Source: Antedon mediterranea (lineage: Eukaryota > Animalia > Echinodermata). From it: 64,000 nucleotides of DNA. Positions 1-12,138 of the stretch are shown piece after piece. The translations under genes were made by a program, and so were the position numbers. The stretch covers positions 1,550,001-1,614,000 of the forward strand of contig NC_092671.1 in the NCBI RefSeq assembly GCF_964355755.1, written 5' to 3'. The first letter of the stretch is position 1; every line of letters begins with the position of its first letter. Under the pieces are notes generated by a model. It was not told the origin of the DNA. It saw only the letters and a list, made by a program, of their open reading frames with translations, and ran no database searches.

Positions 1-348
1 ATAACTCCCATTTCTCTTCATCAAGTCACTATACAACAACACTTTTTTTTCTATTGCTTGCCCATTAGGACTGTCTGTAAATGTTGAATTGATACTATCA
101 ATGACAGACTGTTTGGACATTCAAAAGTCATTGTAGACAGTTGGTAAAAATATCCATTACCTGCTAAAGAGTCTCAATGTATAATAACAATTGCTGATTT
201 CTATTTTCTAAGAATTGTTAATGTGTAGATATTTAAATAGTAAATAATACTCTCTAAATGGTATTTATTATCTTACCTTGAATTTAAATTAAATATTTCC
301 AAACTAACTGACCATTAATTAAATATTTTTTGTTATGCGCTTCCAAAC

Positions 349-485
349 TAAAGCTTATGTTTCAAATTAGGATGTAATGACGTAAATACAACGTAAGTGA
401 GTTGACCAATGACAATTGACAATTTAGATCAACCATCGCTTGTTTTTGGGTAAATTACTTGCGTTGCGCTTACATTACCAAGCGT
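349..485. mobile_element. Degenerate copy of palindromic MITE family A
   Basis: Shares TAAAGCTT start, ttgaccaatgacaa, ccatcgcttgt and cttgcgttgcg with the copies at 33714, 41702 and 63343. Confidence 0.6.
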
Positions 486-1799
486 AATACCAGTACCAGG
501 AGAATATGGCAGCATTTATGTAGAGTGCCCTTGGTGTGTTTGGTCACGTTTCAACCTGATCATTTTTTTTAACAACATCCATTGATTAATTACTATATTT
601 ATCTCATCACATCAGTGAATTATTAATGAAATTATAAACAAGAATATAATTCAAATGTGTCTAGAAATGTTAAAATAATGTCAGTGAATAGGGAACTATA
701 CCCTATACCATTAGCTTTATTTTGACAGATGTACCGACTAAAATTACGACGAAAGTTACAAATTAGAATTTAAACAAAGTTCAAGTTTAAGAAAATTTGA
801 AATGGAATATAGATCAAGAAATCATGTGCATTGGTATTTGTTGTATATTATATTAAAAACAATGTATTCATTAAAAATAGGAATATATTGTACTATCTGC
901 AAGTAAGTAATATTTATTGCTTTCCAAGAACAGTACAATTTATAAAACAGCATAAAATATGAATGAAAATAAATAAATTGATAATATAAACATTAAACTT
1001 GAGAAATTAAACACGGAAAGTAGGGGATAATCCTTTAAGCCCAAAGGCTTGTTTCCATAGATAATAAATAAAATAAATGAAGATGATGTTTCACTTATAA
1101 ATGAATAAAGAAACACGATAAAATTAATGAATAATATGATCTGTGTATGTCATGCCCTTCATACATGTCGTTTTAAATGAAGCTCCCTGATTGGCTGAAA
1201 GTTACAGCTCACTGGCAGACAACAAAGCAAGCATCATACATCTCTACAAGTGTAGATTTTATAAATTTGAATAACCTTGGATTTAACTGATAAAACACTA
1301 TTTTAACTTGCAGATATTGATATATTTACAGGTTAGTGTTTTTCTTATTTTTGTTATATAGATTGAGTAATTAAAGGAATTAAATAGAATCAGAAATACA
1401 AACTTATTCCTAGGCCTACATCATTGTATAATTAGCCTAGACTAAGTCATAAGTTAGTGGGAGATGGTGGTGGTTTGCCTGCTTATGCTTACTATAGCAA
1501 TCAAGGCCTAGGCCTATCTAAGCTAAAAATAGAATACCTACTTCTATTAATATTAGTTTTAGCATTTATTGCAACAATAAAACTCCTTGTCATTTCTTGA
1601 TCAATTTTAATTGTAATTTGTGTAAATTTAGTGTTTTATAATTTAGATTCTATGACACAGAAATTCTGTAGGGTATACGGTTACCACCGGTCCTTTGAGA
1701 CCGCGTAGTAATGATCTCAGTTCATGGTACAGGACGTTCATGTTGTTTGGTACCAGTAGCATGGTGCAGGAGCTTACACGTTTTGTAAACACAGTGTTA

Positions 1800-1936
1800 A
1801 GCTATGTCTACAAATCAAACTTTATGTGACAAAAAATGTTATGTGCCCATATATGGACATGATGATATCATATCTCTACCATATTTGGGCATATCACACT
1901 TTTTGTTGTCAAACTAGATTGAGTATAGACAGAGCT
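1800..1936. mobile_element. MITE family B (AGCTCTGTCTAC-type TIR), Harbinger/Tourist-like
   Basis: Ends AGCTATGTCTA and TAGACAGAGCT form an inverted repeat with TTA on both sides (1797-1799, 1937-1939). Internal fold-back structure; a second copy is at 61345. Confidence 0.8.
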
Positions 1937-3829
1937 TTAGTGAAGGTGGGAAAACAAAAAAATAACAAATAATATGACAATAACCAGCTTTTATGGTAAT
2001 GACATTTAAAGACCGCCAGGAAATGACGGAAAGCTGTGTATTCTCTCCGTCGCTCCTACACAATATTTGTAAAAAAAAACAAATTGTTTAAAAATTGATA
2101 AACACACACAAGATTAATTAAGTGAATGATAGTGTGTTAGAGGATAACAGTGGCTTCACTTGAGTGATATTGAAGAATGGCTGGATTAGTGGTTTACAAT
2201 AGGTCTCTTTACCAATGGTTTATGAATGAATGTGTAAGCTCCTATCTTGTTTTCTACACCACTCCTTCTAATACAACAATACATTTGTATCCCCTTCTTT
2301 TTTCTGACCTTCAAAAATGTTTGTGGTAAAATACCATAAATAATAGCTCCCAATTACTAATTGCAACTGATTCAAAAAGTTTAGATTTGTTAAACTAGAT
2401 TTCATTGCATATTTTTGTTACTATGAAAATACTGTACATATGCGTTACAGTAGAAGTTTTTATGTATTTAACTTTCTCAATAATTTACGATACATGCAAT
2501 ATATATATATATTTCTCAACAAATTAAAATGTTAAAGTTTACAGTTACTCTTATTATACTTGATTACACAGTTCTTGAAATCTACATGTATATATTATCA
2601 CACAAATAAAAAACACAAAATGTTATTTTCTAAAGTGAAATTATTTATGAAAAATATAAGATGCAACTTTCATATTATTCATCAAAACAAAATTGTTTTT
2701 CTTCTGATTCTATAATAATATATCCTTCGGGTGATGCGGACAGGTTTAATCATCGCCATGACAACTAGAAGAAGAACTTGGCAAACATATTTTGACCTTC
2801 AGGGTCATAAAAACATGATATCTGTCTCATATTGAGAGGGAGTGAGTTACCTATTCTCCTCTCAGGACTTCACTAGAATTCTTGAGAGATTGTGTTACAT
2901 CAGAGAGGTCATTTTTATGTAACCAGGAGATGACCTTTTAATAGGGCAGACTATAATTAGATTACGACCAAGATTTTATTTATCAATTATGTAATAATGT
3001 TATTTTAAGGTCACCAATCTGTTAAGTTTTAATTACTAATTTTGTTTCTTTTGACAACAAAACTGCAAAATCTGTTTATAAACAAAATATTAATAAATTT
3101 ATTCCAAAGATAACTATATTTACAGTATTTTAGTCCATGTATACTACATATGTTAAACAAAACTATTTTTAAACATTATTTTCCATAAATAACTTTTACA
3201 TAATTACAAATGAACTATTAGCTAACCTACTTAAGGACTTTCCTGAAGAGAATACAAACATTTGAAAAATGTAAAGACGGTCATTAAAAAAACAGATTGA
3301 ATGTGAACAGATTTGTGAGTTTTCATCATTCCAATATTTCATCACGAGTTGTATTCATTAAGTTGGCATTTTGACTGCGTCATTATACATTTTTATTAAT
3401 AAAAAGTGCGCATATGATTAATACACAATTAAACATTAATACATTCGTTACATTAGCAACACATTCGATACATTCATTAAAATAGGTATGTTTATTTATA
3501 GGTATGAATATTTGCTATGCACATAAACCGGAAATTAGATTTCAACTTTTATAATGCATGAATTTGTGATACAGTGTGTTGAAATATTTTAGGTTGACTA
3601 CTACTGCTTTAGGATAATGCTTGTCCATGCCTCCATAATCATTCCGACTATGAGCAATCAATACATTTCTCTGAGAGCGATCAGTGGTAACTTCCGCTGA
3701 GCCACCTGGCTTTGTCGTTATACAGCTTAGAAATGTCGATCTGTTGTCTCGTAATTAAACCAAGAGAAGACAAACTACTGCAATAAATTTTAATGATGAC
3801 AATAAATAACTTTGGTAGAAAAATATTTA

Positions 3830-4270
3830 TCGTGAGTATGTTGGTATTGATGGTAGAGGTAGTGGTATTGGGTTTTGATGAAATGGTAACACTGTGGAAG
3901 GGTGAAGGTGTTGTGGTGGCAGAAAGGATGATCATGATGGCAATGATTAAACAAATATAATTTGCCGGTTGTGACTATGGCAGTCAATAAAGATAATGGT
4001 GGTGATAAAATGGTTCTGGTCATGTTCAATGGTAATAATCAGGTACTGGCTGTTGTCATGTTGATCAATGGTGATACAGTTTGAGGTTCTGGTTCAATGG
4101 TAATACAGTAGTAATATGGTTTGTTGTTATGATGAGGTACTGGTTTTGATCAATCGTGATGAGTTACCAAATTGAGATCAGTGATGAGTTGTTGGTGGTA
4201 ACCAATGATGGTGGTAAATACAATCATGTTGATGTCGGTTGTCCGGTAGGGTGGATGATAAGACTATTGT
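3830..4270. repeat. Degenerate GGT/GAT-rich low-complexity tract
   Basis: Abundant tgg/tga/ggt triplets. Explains spurious ORFs 3681-3935 and 3790-4029. Confidence 0.55.
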
Positions 4271-4809
4271 AGTAATAATGGTTCTGCTGTGTTAGAATAT
4301 TATAAGAATTATAATTATAAGAATCATGAATTTAAACCATAAATGTAGAAAAGAGACTGTTGTTTAACCTTGAGAAATCCTTATAACATTTGCCTGTCTG
4401 CCAATAATCTTCCTATCAAAGTTTGATGAGCTCTGAAGGAGCCTGGCCTAGAAAAAAAAGCCAATTGTCCTAAACTATATCATAATCTATAGTAATATAA
4501 CATGTTTAAGAGTACCATTACATATGCAGTCTCTTTGATGATTCATCGTCATAAGAAATACAATTTCTATATATGGTGATTAATTAACTGTGTTCGTTTA
4601 TCTCATGGTAGCGTACACTCATCGTAAACAAATCAATACTTTAGAAACACAAATTAGTCATTTTTTTTCAAAGGTTGTTTGTAGCATTATGAAAATGCTC
4701 AATAAACATTAATTAGTAATTGGCAGAAACAGTAAACACATTTATCACTATGACAGAGATTTCATTCATTTGTCATTTTATAGGACTATGTATTATTCTT
4801 CTTCAATAT

Positions 4810-5915
4810 ACCAATTGTCCTTGTATCCACCAGGAGTATAGCTATAGGTAGACATAGAGCATTGTTGGGGTCTCTTTCCAGAAAAACAATCTTCCTCAAT
4901 TCAATAATGTACATTGAATTGAAATATTTTATTTATACTTGCCGACCTCTTCAGTCAAAGACTGGTCTCTCAGAGGGCCCGGTGTACATCACCAATTCAT
5001 ACTTTGATTGTCACTTGTCATCATATCCACCAGGCGCATACACTACAGGTAGACACAAAGAGCATTGTTGTCTCTTTCCAGGAAAACAATCTTCCTCAAT
5101 TAAAAAAATGAACATTGAATTTAAATATTTATTTATACTTGGCGGTCTGTTCATTCAAAGACTGGTCTCCCAAAGGGCTCAGTGTACATCACTAATTCAT
5201 ACTATAGTATAATTGTCACTTTGTCATTTTATCCACCAGGCGTATGGGCAGACACACCCTTTCCAGGAAAACAATATTCCTCAATTAAAATGTATTCATC
5301 AAATCATATACAATTGTCACTGTGTCCTTTTATCCACCAGGCGTATGGGCAGACACACCCTTTCCAGGAAAACAATATTCCTCAATTAAAATGTATTCAT
5401 CAAATCATATACAATTGTCACTGTGTCCTTTTATCCACTATGGGTAGACACATAGCATTTTTGATGTCTCTTTCCAGGAAAACCTTCAATTAAAATGTAT
5501 ACATTAAAATCATACTATTATTGTCACTGTGTCCTTGTCAAGGCGTACATGCTATGAGTAGACACAGCACTGGTGTCCCTTTCCAAGAAAAAACTATTCT
5601 TCTTCAATTAAAATTCATCACCAATTCATACTATAATTGTCATTTTGTCAGCATATCCACCAGGCCTATGGGTAGACATAGAGCATTGTTGGTGTCCCTT
5701 TCCGGGAAAACAATATTCTTCAATTAAAATTCATCACTAATTCATACTATAATTGTCATTTTGTCAGCATATCCACCAGGCCTATGGGTAGACATAGAGC
5801 ATTGTTGGTGTCCCTTTCCAGGAAAACAATCTTCCTCAATTAAAAAATGTACATCATCAAATCATACTATAATTGTCCCTTTGTCAGCCCTATTCGCAAG
5901 GCGCATGGGGTAGAC
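4810..5915. repeat. Tandem repeat of about 9 units of about 100-120 bp; the first two units are extended to about 200 bp
   Basis: Marker TATCCAC at 4824, 5024, 5230, 5331, 5432, 5654 and 5770. Shared tttccaggaaaacaat..cctcaattaaaa core. Confidence 0.9.
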
Positions 5916-8900
5916 AAAGAATTGTAATCTTTTTTTTTGTTTTTAGTAAAACAACCGTCTAGCAGGGTAATTCCCTATCTAGCATACGGACTTTCACATT
6001 GAAAAAAACCAAAAAACTACAAAGTAATATATTTTAGTTTACATTTTATTATTTATTAGAAGTTTTCAGCTAATATACATTACATTACATATACAATAGA
6101 ATAAAGACGCATAAGCCTGTTTTAAAAATTGAAATTAATAGTAAAATAATTAGATATAAAATAATTCATTTAACTACTATAGTGCAAATATTCGGATAGA
6201 AAATTTTGGTTACCAAAACGAAATTATTTACGCTTTTTATAACATAACATTTTATTATTGATGTTCATTATTAGAAGATATAAAATAACACACGACCTTT
6301 TTAGCTGTAAGGTCAAGCAAACAGATAATATGCACAGAACGGTTGTCTGCCAGCCGATTGGCTGACAGCCAGTACAGGCTGACTAATTAAGAAGCCAACA
6401 GCATATTCATATGACCTTATATGGCAATAGCATATGCACATGAAATGAGCTGTACTCCAAACAAATTTGATAACAATAACATGGAGTAATATTAATAATG
6501 TTATTCTACAAGCTAGATGGGTTTTTTATCAAAATACCCTTAGTAGTAGAGTATACTATTAATTTAAACTAAATCTTATGCCGTATTAATATGGGAAATA
6601 CATAGCGAGTTGTCGTACACATAGAACAGAGTTGTCGTACACATTAGAACATGTACTCTAAGTAAACATTACTGCTTACTATAGAGTTATGGAAAGAATT
6701 ACATAAAATACAGTAATAATAATTCAATATACATCCTTTTCTACCATTATATATGAATTTGATAAATATCAGTAAATTATATACGATTATAAAAAAAAAG
6801 GTATAAATTCATACTAAACTCTAATTTGTATACATACATTAATGAATTTTGTAAAACAAAAATTAATACTTAAATAAATGTTACAATTAATTTTCCCATA
6901 TTAGCTGCAGTTACTTTTCAAATAATTTTCTTATTACAATATTTTGCTTGTTATTATTTTGCTTTTATTTTTCTGCAGTTTTTGCGTTGAATTATTAATA
7001 AAAAATATCTGACCAAAATTGATAAAATTGCACTAAAATGGTACCAACTTATTTTCTTATCAGGTACTTAAAATACAAAAAGAACTTAGGTAAAAATATC
7101 ACCATATCATCTTCTTAAATTAAAGTATTCACTCCGATGAAGTTCACCTTCTTAAGTATGAAATTTGGTCAAGTTTAAGAGGAGAGGAGATAGTGTCAAT
7201 ATAGGCTCATCATATCAGTATCAGATGTTATATGTTAAAGTATGTTTTGCCACATTTTGACATCGCACTACAAATACTATCTATATCCAGATATTGTTAA
7301 TGATTACATGATTATATTTAAAGTATTAGTCATATCTTCCCACAAATATACTATTTAATTAAATTTTATCTCTTTCCTGAAGCAATGGTTTTAAATTGGG
7401 TACGTTTTTAATATGGTAAAAAAAAGACATATTCAAATAATAGTAGTTATAGTGCAATAAAACCACAATAAAAGAACTTAATGATATGTGTCCAGTCTTA
7501 AGAATGGTTTAGTGGATTACTCATGTAAATTCTATGTTATATTAAAAATGCAGCTAATTAAAAATGCTTCTTCTATTCTGTTATTATGGTAGTATAAATG
7601 TTTAAATACTTAATACTAAAACCTTAAGCTACATCAAGAATTCAGAGCTATGGAATCTTAGGAAATTTTGATCACGCAAGTACAATAAAAAGTTCAAAAT
7701 GGATGTTCATAATAAACATTTGAAACACCAAAAAGATATATCAAAATTATGCATCAAAATAGGCATCGTGTTATTTGTAACAACAGGCAGATGCTAGGCT
7801 TAACACAAAGACTCATCGACCATCGGCCATAGCCTAAGCATCTGCTAATAATGTCTGATATTAATTAGAATTACAAAAGGACTTGAATATGAAATGTGCA
7901 TTATTAATTAGTTATATTCTTACTTTAATATTTAATTTTAACCAATAAAAAAAATCATTTTTTTGTGTAATTTTGGTACTTAATGATATTTTTAATATCA
8001 TAAAGGACTTTTTTTTATAGTGGATATACACAATATATGTATATATCGCATTATATTATATATATTATATATGTATATATTCTTTATATAAAAAAATAAT
8101 ATTTAAACTTTCTTCCAATAAAAAAAATACTAAGCTACTAGTGTATGCATTGAATAAAGGGATACTATCCTGGTAGACAATGAAACAACATATAATCAAA
8201 ACAAAGTTTTTCTTACTACATAATTCCAGGCTTCTTTTTTTTTTTTAACTGAAATTAATCACAAATTCAGAATCACAATAGCTGTTTTGCATTGTACAAA
8301 ATTAAAGCCTACTTTGTTCTACGTATTGAATTAATTTAAGATAATTAAAGAATGGTTGTCGGTAATTGTGTTTTTCTTTATGCGAATCTTACTATTGATT
8401 GCTTTACAAGGGAAATTGCCTAAAAGCAGGTGTTTTCTGATGAAAAAATCCATGGCTCAACTATTTTTTGCCTGAAAATAACCAAATTTTAACCAACCAT
8501 ATAATAATAGGTTTGATTTATAAGGGTTACTTGTAATTTCACAAAACATTTGACATTTTTTTGTCACATTTGGAATATACCCACAAATACACACATACAA
8601 CATATAGGATATACTTTGGATACATACTTTAGATTTATCAACGACACTATGTTATACAATTACAATTCACAGGAATATTTTTCTTTCGTTTTTAGTTTTT
8701 TTTTTGGTTAGGGATACAGTGGTACTAAACGGTACACACAGGAATCAATACATTTAGTTCAAAAATTTAAATGGCATAAATGTAGTTACTGTTGTCATGG
8801 GTTCGAGACGTGATCGGTCACCTATGAGGGACAGTAATTGGTCAAGAACCGGTTCAAACAGTTCACTTTATCCAAAAGGCGATGACAGGATCTCAAAAAT

Positions 8901-10146
8901 CCCGGAAGGAAGCTTCACAAATTAATGACCTTCACAATTTTTTTTTAACTTTTACAAATCTCAACACTTAATATTAATAAGATATTTTTTAACCCTTTTC
9001 AGCAGACATAACTAGCATGTACTCATTCGCTAAGTTGACCTCAGGCTCTGTGACCTTTCATGTTTTTGAGTATCAAGGTCGTCACCGAATGCGGTTAACA
9101 CTTCTTCTTTGGATCCATCACATTTACGTTTACAACACTAAATAGTTACACCTAGTTTTTATATCAATTATAGCTATACTTAATTATCCTATATGCTTAA
9201 AATACTTGTACAATACTGTATATGCACTTAATTATAGTAACTATTACCATATTATTTTGTCATCCTATGATCCCTAATATTAATTATAATAATGATATGA
9301 TTAATTAATTACAACAATTATTAATAGTGGCAAGTATCATAATGATTATAAAAATAGAGACAGCATAAGTAAATCCTTACTAAATGTATTAACTGTTTTT
9401 GGGGGGTACATACAGTAATGTCTTAATTGCTCTTAAAGTATACCTATATGCTTAACAAACTTTTCCTATACCACTGCCTTGCTCGCTGGAATGGGCCAAG
9501 TTTAACAAGTGCACCAAATTATCTCCAAATTTTTGAAATCTAATTGGCAAATTATTGGTTGGCTTAAATCTGTCTTTGGTTTATAAAACTACTTCACCAG
9601 CAGTTCAAAGGTCATTCAATGGTTCTGCTTGATTGAACATCTCATCCTGTTCTCACACTAAGTCGACTTTGCTCTGACATTTTAAATAAGCATTCAATAG
9701 TTTTAGCTTTTTTTCTGGTAAATTTAGGATTTTTTTCTCTTGCGGACATCAAAAAAATTTTTTTGGCTTCTCATGACCTCACAATAAATGAATAACCCTT
9801 GACCTTTACCCTCAACTTTGATACATTTAAACATGCAATCAGATAATGCGAGATATGCGTAACTAAACATGTTTGCCCTAACTAAATACCATTAATGTAT
9901 TTATAAGATAAAACCAAATTCCACCCAATTTGTAGTCCAGAATACCAAAGCAATCATGGTTATTGTTATGACGACCCTTCTAACTGTCCAATCACTTAAG
10001 GATATTTGAAACAAAACAAAATCTATCCTTTTAACCAATGCCTTGGTCATCATACCTCACTTCCTATCTTTCTATGCTGGGTTTTTCGTAACGAATTCCC
10101 ATAACCACTTATTCCAAGATGTCTCAGAAAAGCGTCGGTAAATACC

Positions 10147-10353
<207 letters not shown>

Positions 10354-12094
10354 TTATATGCAATGACAGGTGGTCATGTAAACATAATATGCACATACAT
10401 TTTAAATGCGATTAAATACCATTAAATACCAACAGTATCGCATTATGGAAATGACATTTTATAATTTATACATACTAATGTTATTATAAAATATTCAATT
10501 GGATGTGTAAGATTATTATAAATAAATATGATATAAAGTTGTATTAATATATTTCAAATTATCTAAACCAATATAACTGCACTGTCAAAACATCACATGG
10601 TTAATTTTAACTACGCACATGTTAAATACACTTTATTTGCCAACCAGCATGTAATGTATTTTTTAAACCAATCACTGATCAAGATTTCCTCGTAAAACTA
10701 TATTACTATATTGATGTTAATCATAAGACTATGACGTTGAATTAACAATATTACAAAACATTCCTTTTAAAACAAGACTCACTAAATTAAAACGATTAAA
10801 TATAATTAAAATAATTCATAAAACATTGATTATACAATGAATTTTACCTGCAAATAAATGTTTTACAAAAGAATATTTAAAATCTAATTTTTTTAAATTA
10901 TTCTAGGTCATCGGATAATAATTCTGAACATGACAGTAGGGCCTCCTTTATTGCGATCATGAGTTATTTTTCAACTAAACAAGATCACATGATCAACTCA
11001 TATTAGACATCAACCACACATCTTATAAAAAGAAACCATTTCACAATAAAAATACTAGATTCAGAAAGCCTATAGAAACTACATTATGGAAAATCTATAG
11101 ATGGAACAGTGTTATTTGTTGAACCTAGTGTAAACTATATAGCGAGTTTAATTCCTAAATTTAACTAACTTCCAAGTCTGCATGTTGTACAAATTTGTAC
11201 ATTTGATTGGCATTATATCTAAAATTAGACCTGATTGTGATAATGTATGTAAAGTGGTGTAGTAACTGTACATTAATGTTGACCTTACATCACCACAACA
11301 TCTGGACAAAATTTGACTGTTAAAATGAACAACATATACCATCCCTGGAGAAATACTTAATACAAGCAATTTGCATATTCATGAGCTTGTTTAATGATCA
11401 TGTGATAGAATCATAATTTCCTTTTAAAATTCTGCTCTAGGGAAAGAATATTCTAAAACTGGTTGTGGCGTCTCTCACTTTCATAGTACATTTGCAGTGG
11501 GTTCTCACTTTCTATGGATTTATGTTTTCCTATTAAATTAGTACAGGTAGTTCATAAAAATAAAATAAGCTTCAGTTCGGTATATTTTGATATTAGTTGG
11601 TAAACCAGAATTAGTTTTTGTGAACCCTAGCCATCTAAAATAAATTTTAATAAATGCTTCTACTTTTGGTTTCATTTTATATTTATTTATTAATGATGCC
11701 ACTGGATGGTCGGATGGGAGAGGGTCAATATAAAAATAGCACATCTGTATGTAATGTGAATCATTTCTTAAAGATGGACTCTAAAGTTGTCATCCCCATA
11801 AATAATATTCTGAATTGTTTCAATTAATAGAATAGCCTGATATTAATCATCACTTTTACTAAAAACTGAAAGTAAATTTGGTTGTACAGTACTGTATGTA
11901 CACTATGGCGGTCCAGGGTTGGAAAAATATTAATTTGAACTTGAACACCAAATAATAATATAACAAATAGTTTTTTTCCGGAAGGTCAGTGTATATTAAG
12001 GAAACTGACCCAAGGTTTGTACAAGGTCTATGGTCAAGTAGCCACTCAGTAACACAGCTGATGACAGCTTAATAATTAACAAACAACATACTAA

Positions 12095-12138
12095 CTAAGA
12101 TCAGGGGAGTAATATATTTTACAACTCCCTGCTAAGAT
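12095..12138. mobile_element. 30-bp hairpin with 7-bp TSD CTAAGAT
   Basis: ctaagat CAGGGGAGTAATATATTTTACAACTCCCTG ctaagat. Confidence 0.7.

Noticed and set aside
3590-3790. GC-richer stretch with a possible minus-strand acceptor and a short open frame (SLSSLGLITRQQIDISKLYNDKARWLSGSYH*)
   Set aside because: No recognisable protein in any frame I translated and no partner exon found. It cannot be excluded without a homology search.
4862-5727. ORFs of 116, 103 and 68 aa
   Set aside because: They fall within the tandem repeat, and the frames shift between units.
6000-10146. Klf6/7 3' UTR end and AU-rich elements
   Set aside because: Many possible poly(A) signals and ATTTA motifs are expected by chance in such AT-rich DNA, so the end cannot be placed from sequence alone.
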